NCBI RefSeq assembly: GCF_006345805.1
Contig: NC_042997.1
Coordinates: forward strand, 141,980,001 to 142,044,000
Direction of reading: 5' to 3'
From: Octopus sinensis
Lineage: Eukaryota
DNA: 64,000 nucleotides
Shown: positions 1 to 14,224 of the stretch, one piece after another
Numbering within the stretch: position 1 is the stretch's first letter
How the letters are laid out: every line of letters begins with the position of its first letter
Translations under genes and position numbers: made by a program
The notes under the pieces: model-generated
Database searches by the model: none
What the model was told of the DNA's origin: nothing
The model's input: only the letters and a program-made list of their open reading frames with translations

Positions 1-575
1 AGTCAACCCTCCCAATCTCCTCCTCCATGTTTACTTTGGTTGACCTTGCTTTTATGGTTCATTCACTTTAAACTCAAGCACTCTCCTCAGAACATGATCC
101 TTATCCCTCTTCAACACATGCCCACTAAACTATTTGGAAAGTCAATGACCTTTAGTAAAATCAAAACCCCAGTTCATTTGATTGTTCCCAAAGTTTTGAT
201 ATCTCCAAAAGTTGGGCTATGAGTAACTTTATAAAGGAATCCAGAATTTGCTATGACAACAGTAATTTTGGGCACTGGAGGCAAACAAATGCACAAAAAA
301 AATATACACAGAGAGATAAAGAGAATGAGACATTACAATTTATTTAACTGAACACAATTGACATAAACACTTTCCCCCCTCCTCATGCACATAAACAGAG
401 AGAGAGAGAGATTAAAATATCTGAGGTCAAGTAAGTCAGCATTTAATCATTGATGCTAAAATAGCTGTGCCAAAATGTCTCATACCTGGTCTATAATTCT
501 AACAAGGTTACAGATCAAAAGAAAATAGGTTAGAAATAGGCATGTGCACAAAGGCATACACACACACATACATAC

Positions 576-697
576 TTGAAAAGATGTTTTGCCCATACAA
601 CACAATGAATAGGTTCAGATGGTGTATTCCGGATTGTGCAACCAGGGAATGTCTTTTGAGTGGGTTTTGGTTGGCATTCATAGCACTCCGTTAATCC
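576..697 (-). CDS. UBA2: UBA2 exon 6 ([40 protein letters not shown]); gene continues beyond the left edge
   Basis: tag acceptor, GTATGT donor; 122 nt; Zn motif CYEC and catalytic Cys in [10 protein letters not shown]. Confidence 0.97.
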
Positions 698-2376
698 CTA
701 AAGAAAAACACAAAACACAGCAGAAATTAATAAAAGACCTGATAAGATAAGAAAATGCAAGAAAAGTAAGTTGAAATTTAATCTTCCTAGACTGCAAGCA
801 TTAAACTAACTTCAACAAAACCTAACAGATTGATGATAGCCACCAGTCAGTAACAAAATACCAACAATCTCAGCCTTTCTCCAAACAGAATGTGATCTTT
901 AATATGATAAGCAGTCAACGGATTTACTGACTATTTAAGATATTCTCCATCAAGGGTTTGGGATTTTGCATTGAGAAAAAGAAATAAATCCTTATCTAAC
1001 ACCCTGATGAACTAAAAAGGCCCTACTTAATATGTAAGGGATGATAGCTGACTATCTTTGGGTACAAATGAATAATATTTAGTATTGTTCAGTAGTACCC
1101 AAAGAAATTTGGTTGGTATATCTAGCAGAAGAAACACACTGTACACAAAATCATTAATAAAAGCACTCAAATTACTACTTTTAAATATATCCATTACATT
1201 ATGTTTCAAACATTATATTGCTGACAGAATTAGTTTCAGATAAAATTTTACAATATTGGTTACAAGCTTCACTTTATATAGCCTCATTATTATTATTATT
1301 GTTGTTGTTGTTAAGGCGGTGAGCTGGCAGAATCATTAGCATGCCAGGCAAAATGCTTAGCAGTATTTTGTCTGCTGCTACATTCTGAGTTCAAATTCCA
1401 CCAAGGTCAACTTTGTCTTTCATCCTTCCAGGGTCAATAAATTAAGCACCAGTTGCAGACAGGTCGATTTAACAGACCCCCTCCTACAAAATTTCAGGCC
1501 TTGTGCCTATTGTAGAAAGGATTGTTGTTAAACTATTTTACTTCAACATTTCCATGATTTTATAGGTAAGACAGTTTTTTTTCAAAAGGAGCAATTAATT
1601 TTATTGTTGGGCAGCTTTTCAAGTGTTAACTATTCAACCATGAAGGGATTACGCAAACTTGATTTTATGTATGTGAAACAACCCAGAAAAGGCAGAGTCA
1701 CGTGACATGCTAAAGAACACACAGCACAATGTCTGTAGCAGTGAAGTTTGAAGGCCACACAGTCAACTATATAAGTTAAGCATACACAACAAAAGATTAT
1801 TTACCACAAAAGAAATCCTAAATTTTAAAACTGAGTAGCATACCTTATTAACATATAGACACATAGCTGTGTGGTTAGGAAGCTTGCTTCCAAGCTACAT
1901 GGTTTCAGGTTCAGTCCCACTGCATGGCACCTTGGTCAAGTGTCTTCTACTATAGCCTTGGGTCAACCAAAGCTTTGTAATTGAATTTGGTAGGTGTTTG
2001 TGCCTCCTAACAGAGATGGAACATGTATGGCAGTATGGTTAAGAAGCTTACTTTGCAACTACTTGGTTCTGGGTTCAGTCCCAATGCTTGACACTCCTAC
2101 TATGGCCCCGGATCAACCAGTCTTTGTAAGTAAATTTGGTAAATGAAAACTGTATGGAAGCCAGCCATATATGTGTGTATATCCCTCATCCACCTACACA
2201 TGCTTGACAAACGGTGTTAGTTTGTTCACTTCCTTCTAACTTAGTGGTTAGGCAAAAGACTGAGAGAATAAATATAAGTGCTGAGGTCAGTTTGTTCAAC
2301 TAAAACCCTTCAAGGTGGTGCCCAAGTATGGCCACAGCCCAATAACAAACAAATGAAATGGAAGAATAAAAGATAC

Positions 2377-2477
2377 CTTTTTAATAACAGTGACTTGTCC
2401 CAAGTATCCTGCAGTACCACTTTCTATGAGAGGAATGTTAGCTGCCAGGCACAGACGATTGACATGGTTACGAGCAG
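2377..2477 (-). CDS. UBA2: UBA2 exon 5 ([34 protein letters not shown])
   Basis: cag acceptor, GTATCT donor; 101 nt; [11 protein letters not shown] motif. Confidence 0.97.
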
Positions 2478-2529
2478 CTGAAAGATAATTTAAAACAATA
2501 ATTATAACTATAATCAACAATAATAGGCT

Positions 2530-2912
2530 CAGACGTGGTTGTGTGGTAAGAAGCTTGCTTCCCAACCACATGGTTCCGGGTTCAGTCCCATTGTCTCCCA
2601 CCTTGGGCAAGTGCCTTTAACTATAACTTTGGGATGACCAAAGCCTTGTGAGTGGATCTGGTAGACAAACTGAAAGAAGCCCATCGTATGTATGTGTGTG
2701 TGTGTCTGTCTGTGCTTCTGCTTGTCTCCCACATCACCACTTGACAACTGGTACTGGTGTGTTTATATCATTGTAACATAGCAGTTTGGCAAAAGACACT
2801 GATAGAATAAATACTAGGCTTCAAAAATAAGCCCTGGGGTCAATTTGTCCAACTAAAATCCTTCAAGACGGTGCCCCAGCACGGACGCAGTCAAATGACT
2901 GAAACACATAAA
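2530..2912 (+). mobile_element. SINE family A copy
   Basis: Same head, core and tail as 7865-8222; more decayed copies at about 1865-2330. Confidence 0.8.
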
Positions 2913-3570
2913 TTAAATATGATTGTGGGGCAGTTTTTTTTTACTTTTTTTATTCTTAGCAATTACTTTGTTTGGTGGTAAACTGGCAATCATTAGAGCA
3001 TTGAATTGAATGACTCATGGTATCTACTCTGATACTTGGTATTCTGCTGAGGCTAACTTTGACTTTTGTCCTTTTGAGGTCAAGAAAAATGTGTCAAACC
3101 AAGTTGGTTGCTAGAATGGCAAAACTGCAAGAATGTTGAGCAAACATGAGCACCTCTGCCTGCCTGATCTGCAAGAAATAACAGCCAAATTTCTTCACTC
3201 AGACTAAATGTCTTTTAAAAAACATAAGAAATGTAGGACTCACTGTATCTAGAAATACCTTATCTAATATTTTAGATAATGCACACATGATAATAATAAA
3301 AAATGAAATTATTGTGTATAGTGCTCAGGTACACTATAACTCATCAAAGGTGCATGTACAGTCCAAAGAATTATGAGCAAAAGTCAGGAAAGTGAGCAGT
3401 GTAAGAGTCATGATATACATGTGTGCATGCATATGGAGGTAGGGGATATCAGGTGTAGTGTTGGTGAATGTCAGGAAGCATGGAGGTTTTAAAGGATGCA
3501 ATGTCCCAGCAAAGTCTTTGTTATAAACATTGCTCTACAATATGCAAAATAAATGAAAAATTCCACTCAC

Positions 3571-3635
3571 CTCTATTGTCAAGAGCATTCATAACCAGGG
3601 TGAACTTCTTAAAAAATTCAACATCATAATCAGTA
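3571..3635 (-). CDS. UBA2: UBA2 exon 4 (STDYDVEFFKKFTLVMNALDNR)
   Basis: tag acceptor, GTGAGT donor; 65 nt; NALDN motif. Confidence 0.96.
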
Positions 3636-5496
3636 CTACAAAAGAACAACAATTTAGAAGATAATTAGTCATTTTATGCATTACTGACTAAATCCAATCT
3701 TTAAAACAAAAACAAAAAAAAAGTATATTGCAGAAATCAAATACACTCATCTATTTGTTAATTGTTCATATGAATGAACTACCCAAATGATTATAGATCA
3801 ATAAAATAATTGGATATACTTTATTTCAAAATAATATTGACACTGAAATTAATTTTGCTAGAACGTAATTGTGGAGCCACTTTTTTTTATATAACTAGCT
3901 TATTAAGCAGTTTTATAACTGACTTTTCATTTTTTTAAAATTCAATTTTTCAAATAATGTAAAAAAAAAAAAAAGAGAGAATAGTTACAGAAGAGTTGTA
4001 GCTAGAAGAATCCTGACAGAATTCTCTATTATAAAACATTTTCCCATTGATTTACACAGGCCACAAACCTCAAAGCAGTAAAAGTGAAAGAACAGCAAAA
4101 AGAAGGACCCAAATAAGGAATAGGCCACCAACTGGAATAAAATCCAGGAAAAAACAGTATAAATCTAGAAAGGAATAAAGGGCAAATCTCCAACAGCACT
4201 TTCCCTTTAACTCATCAGTATTTAAACTGGCCGTATCCAGCCAAAGTATTCTTTTATTCTTTTACTTGTTTCACCCGTTTTATATTTAAACTGGTCAGAT
4301 TTGGCCTCTCTTACCAACCCTACAATATCATTCTAGAAATTAACAGTTGCCTCATACAAAATCTCAAAGTTACAAAATAATGCATGATTAATTCAAAACA
4401 ATGTGAATAAAAAAAAAAGCATTACATTTGGCAGAATAATGTGAATGCTGAAGTGCTAAGTAGCTATAGTATTAACTATAGTATAGGATCTGTAGTTTGC
4501 TTACAGCATTTTAGGAAGATAATGAAAGAGATGTCTGAAATTGTTATTTTAAATGAATGGCAGAAAAAACAAGTATTTGAAATTCTAATCAAAATAAACA
4601 AAATATAATTAAACTAAATTAAGATTCTTTTTTATTCTTTTATACGTTTCAGCCCTGAGGCTGTGGCCATGCTGGGGCACTACCAATGTAAATCAAACAA
4701 ATAAATGGGTCAACCCTTTCGCATTTAAAATGGCCATATCTAGCTCAAAATATTCTACCTCTTATGTTTAAACCAGCCAGATCTGGCCTTCACACCTACC
4801 ATACAATGTCAGTCTAAAAATAAACAGTCACATCATTAAAATCTCATAGCTACGAAATACTACATGATTAATTCAAAACAATATGAATAAATAAACATTA
4901 TATCTGACAAAATAATCCGAATGCTAAAGGATAAGAGAAGTTATCACTTAAATCAGTTATATGTATAGGCTATTTTTCACTAATCACTGTTTGAAACAGG
5001 CATTTGTAATTCAAACTTAGAAATGAACTTAACACCATTAACTGTTTTAAAACTATCTTTCTAATGAAAAACTGTAAGAAAATTAGCTGCCAACCCTGGA
5101 AATATTAAATTAGACTGTGAAACTAATTCTTATTTTAACTACAGTTAACTTAGTATGACACATGACTGTTTTAAACTACATTTTCTTCATGACACTATAT
5201 TTTTGAACTGCCTTTGTTTAAATTTATTTCCATGGAGGGAAATAACTTAAGATTACTTAGAACCAACAATGGTCCCAGGTGGGCTAAAAAGCTTAAGTAA
5301 TATAAGATCCTATGTAATAATGAAAGGAATAATTCACAAAAAAAAAAAAAAATACACTATGTAAACATAACATTCTAGAGTGTTATGCTTTTTGAACACT
5401 AAAAATACATGCAATTTTCATGATATAATTTTATTACACTATTGATTCTCTTAATTTTAAAATAATAAATATATATATAACAAAAAAAAATATTAC

Positions 5497-5567
5497 CTGG
5501 TTATACTGTCATGGTAAGCCACAATTTTAGCATCTGGATTAAAACGAATTACACTGTCTTTTGCCAC
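5497..5567 (-). CDS. UBA2: UBA2 exon 3 (VAKDSVIRFNPDAKIVAYHDSIT)
   Basis: cag acceptor, GTAATA donor; 71 nt; frame continues from exon 2. Confidence 0.96.
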
Positions 5568-6194
5568 CTGATTGAAATGAATTTTAATAAAATTATTTTA
5601 AAGTTACATTTTCAAATGCAACATCACACCTATTCTATATCGAAAGGATTTTATTTTTAATAGGATTAAAATTTTTTTTTTTCACATTACCAAACATAAT
5701 GGGTCTAATGAGTTAGTAGCTGATCCCTCAAACTGCTAGAGATAACAGACAAATCTCATACTAATCACATCCTGCCTTCTTAAAAAAGGAAGGACATACT
5801 GGATAACATAGTCACCTGAAAAGATAGGATGGCCAAGGTGAGAAGGAATTTGGTAATAGTTGTGTTTTGAGAGTGGTTAATACAGTAAAATGTGAGTTGA
5901 GGATGATTTGGATACCCAACCAGACACTAATTCATACTGATAGCACTGGCTGAAAATGTGCAATAAAAAAAAAAGAAAAGAAAAAAGTTGATCCCATTAA
6001 AAATAAAATCCTTTGACTAAACAAGTGTAAGTTTTGATTTTAAATAATAAATTATGCAATCCTAGAAACATATTTCTAAAAACAAAGAAACAATAAACAA
6101 AATGGTCACCTTTGAATAACAGCTGTGTTGAATGAAGTTGACTAAACAATGACAACTAGAATAAAACACAAAAATATAACTGAATACATGTTTG

Positions 6195-6528
6195 GGTAAC
6201 CCTCTTCAGTCATGAAGACCATGGGATTGCACGTAGAAAGTTACCCTCTGAGGCACAAGTCCAAGCAAGGTTGTTTATGGAAGACCAGCAGTCGTCCATG
6301 CATACCAGCCTTCCCTCTCCACGCCAACGATGTTATCCAAGGGAAAAACAAAGGCTGATACAGCTTGGCACCAGTGACGTAGCAACTCATTTCTACAGCT
6401 GATTGAACTGAAGCAATGTGAAATAAAGTGTCTTGCTCAAGAACACAACATGCAGCCCGGTCTGGGAATCGAACTTAAAACCTCACGATCATAAGCTCGA
6501 TGCTCTAACCACAGAGCCATGTGCCTTC
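6195..6528 (-). mobile_element. tRNA-derived SINE family C
   Basis: GGCTCTGTGGTTAGAGC A-box and GTTCGATTCC B-box, GTGTTCTTGAGCAAGACAC core; related copies at about 28470-28670, 34520-34700, 35020-35200 and 57080-57295. Confidence 0.75.
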
Positions 6529-7172
6529 ATATATGTGCTTAAAGATAAAATTATAAATGTTATCGTTATTTTATGCCTGTCTTTTTCCATATTTGCAAAT
6601 ATGGGGTGGATGGAAATCTTCATCATCATCATAAATGTATCAATTTTCCAGGCTTGTATGGGTTGAACCGGCAGTTTGTTCAGTCATTAAAGAAATGAAG
6701 GGAATCTTTCAGAGAAAGCATATCAAAACTGAAAGTATTTGTTTGGCAATTTCAACAAATTTTTTTCTTTAATTTTTGCCTCAGGTGAATTTCTTATATT
6801 TATGTCTATGTATGTATGAATGCAAACACAACGATGATGATGATGCACATAAACACATACATACAAACATACACAAAAAAATACATAAATATAAGTGACT
6901 AGGCTGAAAAATAAATAGAAAAAAATAAAAATTTTTTTAAAAGGAAATTATCAAATAGTTTCAGTTTTGATATACAATCTACAAAAAATTGCCAAAATGA
7001 ACTATTAATATTTCAACTCCTCAAAATCTGGCATAAATTTTCAGTTAATATCTGGTTTTTACTGCCTTCCAATAGCTTTATTTACTAGGTAATTTACACA
7101 AACCTACTGAAACATTTTTGCCACATATAACCACAAAGCAGTTTCAAAAAATATTCATTTCAATACACTTAC

Positions 7173-7256
7173 TTGAGCCTTTGATTTCCCAACATGTTCT
7201 TTGTGAAAAAGAAACTGGCGATTGAGGTTGCTGATGTCAATAGTATCAAGATCAAT
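7173..7256 (-). CDS. UBA2: UBA2 exon 2 ([28 protein letters not shown])
   Basis: ttttgcag acceptor and GTAAGT donor; 84 nt; [14 protein letters not shown] E1 signature; preceded by a 12.7-kb intron 1. Confidence 0.97.
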
Positions 7257-7310
7257 CTGCAAAAATGTAAGTTAAAAGTATCCATTTTAAGTCAAACATC
7301 ATTTCATTAA

Positions 7311-7507
7311 CCCTTTTCACATCACATTCTCTGAAACTGCCCTTTCTTGTTCTACTTATTTTTAAGTGAACATTAAAATTTCACTTCAATTTATGTTCCA
7401 AACACAAGATTAATAATGACAAAATCCTTATACTAAATTCTTCATTATTTTCAAAATTAATCCCAACAAAAGCAGTGTATTTCAACAGAAATATGGTCAC
7501 AAAAGGG
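7311..7507. mobile_element. piggyBac-like MITE about 50 nt from the UBA2 exon 2 acceptor
   Basis: TTAA-CCCTTTT ... AAAAGGG-TTAA; related AT-rich MITE copies near 4.2-4.9, 25.4-25.6, 32.3-32.5 and 53.1-53.3 kb. Confidence 0.65.
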
Positions 7508-7864
7508 TTAAAGAAATATTTTTAAGAATTGCATCTGCTCTGTATAATTAACAAATTCTTAATCAATGAAAATTGAATATAAAATATTAAATTCACTGAT
7601 GGGAAAATACAAATTATACAGATGCTTTATATTCAAAGAAAGAAGTTCCATATGCAAATATATAAAATAGCCAGCATAAAATAAAAAATCAATAATGATA
7701 ATAATAATTTCAAATTTTGGTACAACGACAGCAATTTCAGGAGAGAGGGTAAGTTGATTACATCGACCCCAGTATTTCATTGGTGCTTATTTTATCAACC
7801 CCGAAAGGATGAAAGGCAAAGTCAACCTCGGCATAATAATATTAATTCTTTCTATCATAGACGC

Positions 7865-8222
7865 AGGAGTGGCTGTGCGGTAAGTAGCTTGCTTACCAAC
7901 CACATGGTTCGAGGTTCACTCCCACTGCGTGGCACCTTGGGCAAGTGTCTTCTACTATAGCCTCGGGCTGACCAAAGCCTTGTGAGTGGATTTGGTAGAC
8001 AAAAACTGAAAGCCCATCGTATATGTGTATGTGTTTGTCCCCCCAACATTGCTTGACAACCGATGCTGGTGTGTTTACATCCCCGTAACTTAGCGGTTCG
8101 GCAAAAGAAACCAATAGAATAAGTACTAGGCTTACAAAGAATAAGACCTGGGGTCGATTTGCTCAACTAAAGGTGGTGCTCCAGCATGGCCACAGTCAAA
8201 TGACTGAAACAAGTAAAAGAGT
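7865..8222 (+). mobile_element. tRNA-derived SINE family A (octopus type), near-complete copy
   Basis: GGAGTGGCTGTGCGGTAAG head with B-box-like GGTTCGAGGTTCA, GGCACCTTGGGCAAGTGTCTT core, GACTGAAACAAGTAAAAGA tail. Confidence 0.85.
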
Positions 8223-8419
8223 ATAGGTACATGGCCTGAAATTTTAGGGGAGGGAGCTAGTCGATTACATCAGCGTTAGTATTTGACTGGTATTTATTTT
8301 ATCAACTCTGAAAGGATGAAAGACAAAGTTGATCACAGGAGAATTTGAACTCAGAATGTGAAGCTAGGCAAAATGCCACTCAGGATCAACAATGTACACA
8401 AAAAGTATCTGAAACATAT

Positions 8420-8780
8420 AATCAAACCCTGAGGTACATTCGAGTTTATAGAGTGTCAAAAAGAAGATCAGCACATGCTGCACTAGGGTGATCTACAAAG
8501 AAACTTCCAATCAATGAGATGAGAGAAAGGGGTGGAATTTATAAGCAAGCAGTCAGGCAAGTACCATCAAAAGCCTTACAAATATCAAAGACAAAAATCT
8601 TGTTTTCATCAAAGTCCTTGCAATAACAAATGATTTGCAAATACTTGGCTTACAGAAGTAACTTTGATTTTGTCAAATTTTAAATGGAATGGGAATGTCT
8701 GATAACAGAACTGGTGCAATGAAAACCAATCACGTAACAAGCCCAGCACTGGCCACTAGACATAAACTGGAGATCCAAAA
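8420..8780 (-). mobile_element. Old CR1/Jockey-type RT fragment
   Basis: FDICKAFDG (LDISKAFD-like) followed by an SFF segment and a PQG-like segment, heavily decayed. Confidence 0.45.
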
Positions 8781-10074
8781 TCTACTGTCATATGTTTAAT
8801 ACTGCAGCATGATAAATTGCAAACAGAATGAACATTTTTATGGAAGATAATAAAGAACTAGAAAAAAACTGTAAGTGTGAAAAACAAAGATCCAGTAAAT
8901 GTAGAAGTTTACAATTAGTTAAGCTCTCATTGGGTTGCCAGATAAATTTCTTCATCCCAATCCTTTCCAATGTCATTTCAATTAATATAAAAAATATTTC
9001 TTACAATATTTTAAGACTTATTGTATTGCTATTCTTTCTCTAAAACTTTTGTTCATCATTTTTGAAATTTGCATAAATTTTACCTCTTTTCAGACATATA
9101 ACGACGGAGTGTCAAATAGAAAGAAAAACAAAATTTATCCGACAACTCAATGGATAATACCTAAATTGCCTACAACTGAAAAAGTTGGGTCACAATAATT
9201 TCAAACCAACAAATAGCTAGTTGTCTCGGAAATCTAGGTACATTAAATTGGTGATGCTTGTAAAAGTGCTGAACAACAGAAATTGTTTAAGCAATGAAAG
9301 AAGAGTTTTGCTATATTATCCTTCAAATGTTTTTCTTTGCTCCAAACACACTACTCTATTGTTGAACTATGTCGCAGTTCTTAAAGAACAGTCATTACTT
9401 AACAACAACAAAGGTGAAACTGTTAAGAAAGAATGGAACATCTAACAGAGTCATGTAATACAAACATGCCTGGAACTGATAAACAGAAGTTGTTTAGGTT
9501 TCAATCCAATACTATGTTAAAGGCTTACCAGATACTTGGTTCTGTCAACAGACACAAAAATTATATATTTAAAGATCTCATAATACTGATAAACAATATC
9601 TTTGAAACTACAGAAGAAAACCTACAGTAAGTAATGTTTATTAAGAAAGACTATTTCAAAACTGCTTGGCTCCCTAAGGTTTTTTAGTATGCCATTCAAG
9701 TGACTTAGAATTACAAAACATACCTGCTTCCAAGTAAAGTGATGACCAAACATGTTTTTATGGAAAATTGGATAGGAAGGGACACCACTTATATGGTGAC
9801 ACCCATGTGATGTCAAGACAAGGAGATAGTAACACACACACACAGATATATATATGACCAGTTTCTTTCATTTTCTGACTAACAAATCCATTCACAAGGT
9901 TTTGGTCAGCGCAGAGGTACAGCAGAAGACACTTGTCCAAGGTGCCATGCAGTGGGACTGAATCTAAAAGCATGGTTAATTTAAAAGGATGTGAATAAAT
10001 AAGCATTACATTCGACAGAGTATTCTGAATGCTGAAGGGTTGATACCCACCAGTGTTATACATATTCTGAAATA

Positions 10075-10388
10075 TTCTTTTATTCTTCTACTTGTTTCAG
10101 TCATTTGACTGCGGCCACGCTAGAGCACCACCATTAGTCGAGTAAATAGATGCCAGGACTTATTCTTTGTAAGCCTAGTACTTATTCTATCAGCCTCTTT
10201 TGCTAAACAGGGACATAAACACACCAGCATCAGTTGCCAAGCAATGTTGGGGGACAAACAGACACACAAGCATACACACACACACATATGTATACAACGG
10301 GCTTCTTTCAGTTTCCACCTACCAAATCCACTCACAAGGCTTTGGTCGACCCGAGGCTATAGTAGAAGACACTTGCCCAAGGTGCCAC
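10075..10388 (-). mobile_element. SINE family A copy (further fragments at 9830-9980 and 10440-10700)
   Basis: Reverse complement of the family A body and tail. Confidence 0.8.
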
Positions 10389-11369
10389 TCTTAATATATA
10401 AACTATATGGGGTATTCCTTTTTTTAAATTTTTTACTTGATTCAGTCATTTGTCTTAAAGGGTTTTAGTCAAAAAATCAGCCCCAGGTTTTATTCTTTGT
10501 AGGCCTAGTACTTATTCTATCGGTTTCTTTTGCCAAAGTGCCAAGTTACAGGAACATAAACACATACATACATATATATATATACACACACACACATACA
10601 ATGGGCTTCATTCAGTTCCCGTCTACCAATCCACTCACAAGCTTTGGTTAGCCCTTAGTGGGACTGAACCTGGAAGCTTCTTACCACACAGCCACGAATG
10701 TTTATTTGTTGAATAGCAACAATTAACAGAAACAATATTAAAAAAAAATGCTAAACATTTTTTACTATTTTTAGTAGGATCTTAGCTATTTTAGTTAAAA
10801 TAAACTAAAGAACGAAACAGATCAATATTTATAGGTGTGCTCATTTAGACCACAACATAGTGATACACACACATCACTATCATTGTTTTAACATCCCTTT
10901 CCATGTTCACACGGGTCAGATTTTCTTGGGCCATGTCCTTCCTGTTACCAACCCATCACGTACTTTCAAGTAAGGTAATATTTCTTCATGGGTTGACATG
11001 TCTTCAGAGAAGATTGGAAACGAAGGCTTCCATTTGCATGATGGTGATAGGAGACACAAACACATACATATGACTAGTTTCTTTCTATCAAATCCACTCA
11101 CAGGCTTTGGTTACCCTAAGGTGCTGCACAGAGGGACTGAACCCATAACCATGTGATCAGGAAGCAAACTTCTTAATTGTACAACCATACCTATACCTAC
11201 ACACAAACATGTGTGCATGTACGTATACATACATAACAATCGATTAAGTAAAGAGAAGATGGAATTAGTATAACTCTTTATTTTGTACAAAATAAAGAAT
11301 TATAAACCAATTTCATCTTGTTTACTTAATCAATTATTATCTCAACTAACACTGCAGAATTCCTGAAGT

Positions 11370-11676
11370 AGATTCAAAGGAAATATATCCCAAATGCAGA
11401 TGACATCAGGTAGCACAAACTGTGCCAGTGCTTTACTCAACACATCAACACACTAATTGACATATACAGATATTGTGGTGCTGGTGTAGTATGTGATCTA
11501 CAGCAACTTAAATCTGGACTGGCTTGTGATTTACATTCAAAATTCTGTTATAAATTTGCAGCAATTTCTCCTCTACATTTGCTGCATGGATCAATATCTC
11601 CATGTTCATCAAGGAGAAATTCTATTGCAGCTTCTTCATCTTGAATAACCTGTGTGTAAAATTCTTTTGCTCTCAT
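11370..11676 (-). mobile_element. Possible Merlin/IS1595-like transposase N-terminal remnant
   Basis: MRAKEFYTQVIQDEEAAIEFLL...PCSKCRG then stops; downstream WDIF..L.QEFC; recognised by pattern only. Confidence 0.35.
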
Positions 11677-11789
11677 TATGACTTCTATCAACGGGCTCAG
11701 AACAAAAAGTTATTTTGGTATATATACCAAATCAACTGGAAGTCGAGTAAATAGATGAATTTTAAATGCAGATCAAAAAGTCAGTATAG

Positions 11790-12038
11790 ATCACAAACTA
11801 TACCTATTTCTTTATTATCTACAAGGGGCTAAACACAGAGGGGACAAACAAGGACAGACAAAGGGATTAAGTCGATTACATCGACCCCAGCGCGTAAATG
11901 GCACTTAATTTATCGACTCCGAAAGGATGAAAGGTAAAGTCGACCTCAGCGGAATTTGAACTCACAATGTAACGGCAGACGAAATACCGCTAAGTGTTTC
12001 GCCCAACGTGCTAACGTTTCTACCAGCACTCCGCCTTA
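11790..12038 (-). mobile_element. SINE family B (GAGCTGGCAGAAACGTTAGC head, AAAGAAATAG-type tail)
   Basis: Related copies at about 1315-1530(+), 8225-8390(-), 24000-24205(-), 37830-38030(-), 48180-48412(-), 51992-52207(+), 52625-52843(-). Confidence 0.8.
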
Positions 12039-13452
12039 AACTATACTATTTGATCACAAACTGTACCATTTGAACTAATGCAGATCACAAGCTATACCAG
12101 AAACATGTATGTAGATATTGTGTCATATAGCCAGCTGGAAACAATGTTTCCTGGGGCTGAACAACAGTAACATTCATCCCTTCCAGGACAGCCACATTAT
12201 GTTGGCAAATAGTCTTTACTTTAAAGAACTGTTACTGAATATCTCTCTTTGAAAGATTAAGAAATAATATTGTCTATATATATAAATAAACATACATATT
12301 TAACTTTTAATCTTATCTGCTTTCAAGTTATTTAAACTTCGTTTAGCACACCTGAATGCAGTGACAGTCACATTGCAATCATTTTTTTAGTCACATATTC
12401 CCTGAAATGTGTATGCAACAGACTACTTTGATTACTCACAATTTTGTGTCATATTCTATTGTCTGAAAGCTCAATATTTTTTGTCTTTTCTTTATCTCAT
12501 ATTAAGTAAGTATATTCACCCATCTGTCCATTCATTTGCCAATTATATTATCTTGTTCTATGTTCAATCATATTTCTGTTCCACAGTAAACTGAGGCAAT
12601 AACACACAAGTATTGCTACCACTGACATTTTGTTACTGCACAAAAGGACAACTTTTCACTTCACAGATGTAACCCCAAACCTTGTCCTGTTGTTTAGCTT
12701 CTAAATCAGTCCTATAAAGTTGACCTGTAATCAATAGTGTTCCAGCCATGACCATACCACCTTTCTTTCAAGCACAATCCATATGGCAATACTTATCTAA
12801 TGTGTCCTGTTTTAATGATGCTCAGGTATGATTAAGTTGCTGTTTCTGGCAGCTCATGTTTTATTAGCTTGCTTCTACTTAAAGGAAGGTTAAACATATG
12901 CACTGATACATCAATAATTCATAAGATGTGTGTAGATTATATAATTTTCTCATATACATAATGTAACATATAACCTCACAACCAAGTTATGTGCTAAGTA
13001 GCCGACAGCTTTATGGCAGTTTGCTGATAGTCTAGACAAGGGGTGATAATGATTGGCGTTTAATTATTTCAGGTATTACATGAAAACGTTGCAGCCTTAT
13101 CACTTGTTATTAATTTATCAAAAACAATTTTGTATTTCTTCTATAGAAGGTGGCACACTGAAAATTGTACTCAATGACAGATTTCACCTTTACTTAATGT
13201 ATCTCATGTTAAATTTGGTATGGCTGTGTGGTTAAGAAGTTCACTTTGCAACTACAAGGGCTTGGCACCTTCAGTAAGTAGTTCCATCTATAGCTTCAAG
13301 TTGACCAAAGCTTTAGAAATTAACAATTACATAAAGATTGAAAACATTATTTCAATCTCAATAGTTCCTAGTTGACTTTTAAGTCAAGATAAAACACTAT
13401 AGTTTCAATTTCTGAGAGAGAGAAAATTAATATAAGGTACGTGGCATCTATA

Positions 13453-14224
13453 CAGGGTAGCTCAAAAGTAGGTTCATAGTTATTCAACTATCTCATTCAC
13501 ATTCATATATTTACAGTTTAGATCTTAATTATAAAAAAAAATATGAAACCATTACTCTATGCTAATTTAGTTAATTTTGTCAAGCTCCCTTTTCAGTTTG
13601 TAAGATATGTGGTGTGCAAGAGAGGCGTCTGCACTAGTATGGTCATGTGTTATCGCAGCCATGTATGTCCAGCCCTGTTAAGAATACCCCTGATGCATCG
13701 GGCGATATGATAGACTTGAGAAGACCTGTTGAGTCAAGTAAAACCAATATCATAGCTGTGGCCAGAGCCCCTAGACTGGTTCCCATGCTGGTGGAATGTA
13801 AAAAGCACCATCCAAACGTGGTCGATGCTAGTCTGCCTAACTGGCTCCTGTGCCAGTGGCACGTAAAAAGCACTAACCAATTGTGGCCGATGCCAGTACT
13901 TCCTAACTGAGTGGCATGTAAAAAGCACCATCCGAATGTGATCGATGCCAGGCTCACCTGACTGGCTCCTGTACTGGTTGCACGTTAAAAGCACCCACTG
14001 CATTCTCGGAGTGGTTAGCATTAGGAAAGGTATCTAGCTGTAGAAACATTGTCAGATCAGATTGGAGCCTGGTGCAGCCACTGGCTCTCTAGACCTCAGT
14101 CAAACCATTCAACCCATGCCAGCATGGAAAACAGACATTAAACAATGATGATGATGATAAAATATTCTTTTAAAAATTTAAAGTACCTACGTGATAACTG
14201 TAAACCTACTTTTGAGCCACCCTG
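13453..14224. mobile_element. Tc1/mariner-type MITE with a nested LINE-tail insertion
   Basis: TIRs CAGGGTAGCTCAAAAGTAGGTT / AACCTACTTTTGAGCCACCCTG flanked by TA; RTE-3'UTR-type copy at about 13700-14157 inside. Confidence 0.85.

Noticed and set aside
6440-6528. tRNA-like A/B boxes here and at about 34520, 37240 and 57080
   Set aside because: These are SINE heads: they continue into SINE bodies and lack a complete cloverleaf and acceptor stem
9529-9541. 13-nt candidate poison microexon (cag|AACCAAGTATCTG|gtaagc) on the UBA2 strand
   Set aside because: Such AG...GT matches are expected by chance in a 12.7-kb AT-rich intron; no supporting evidence
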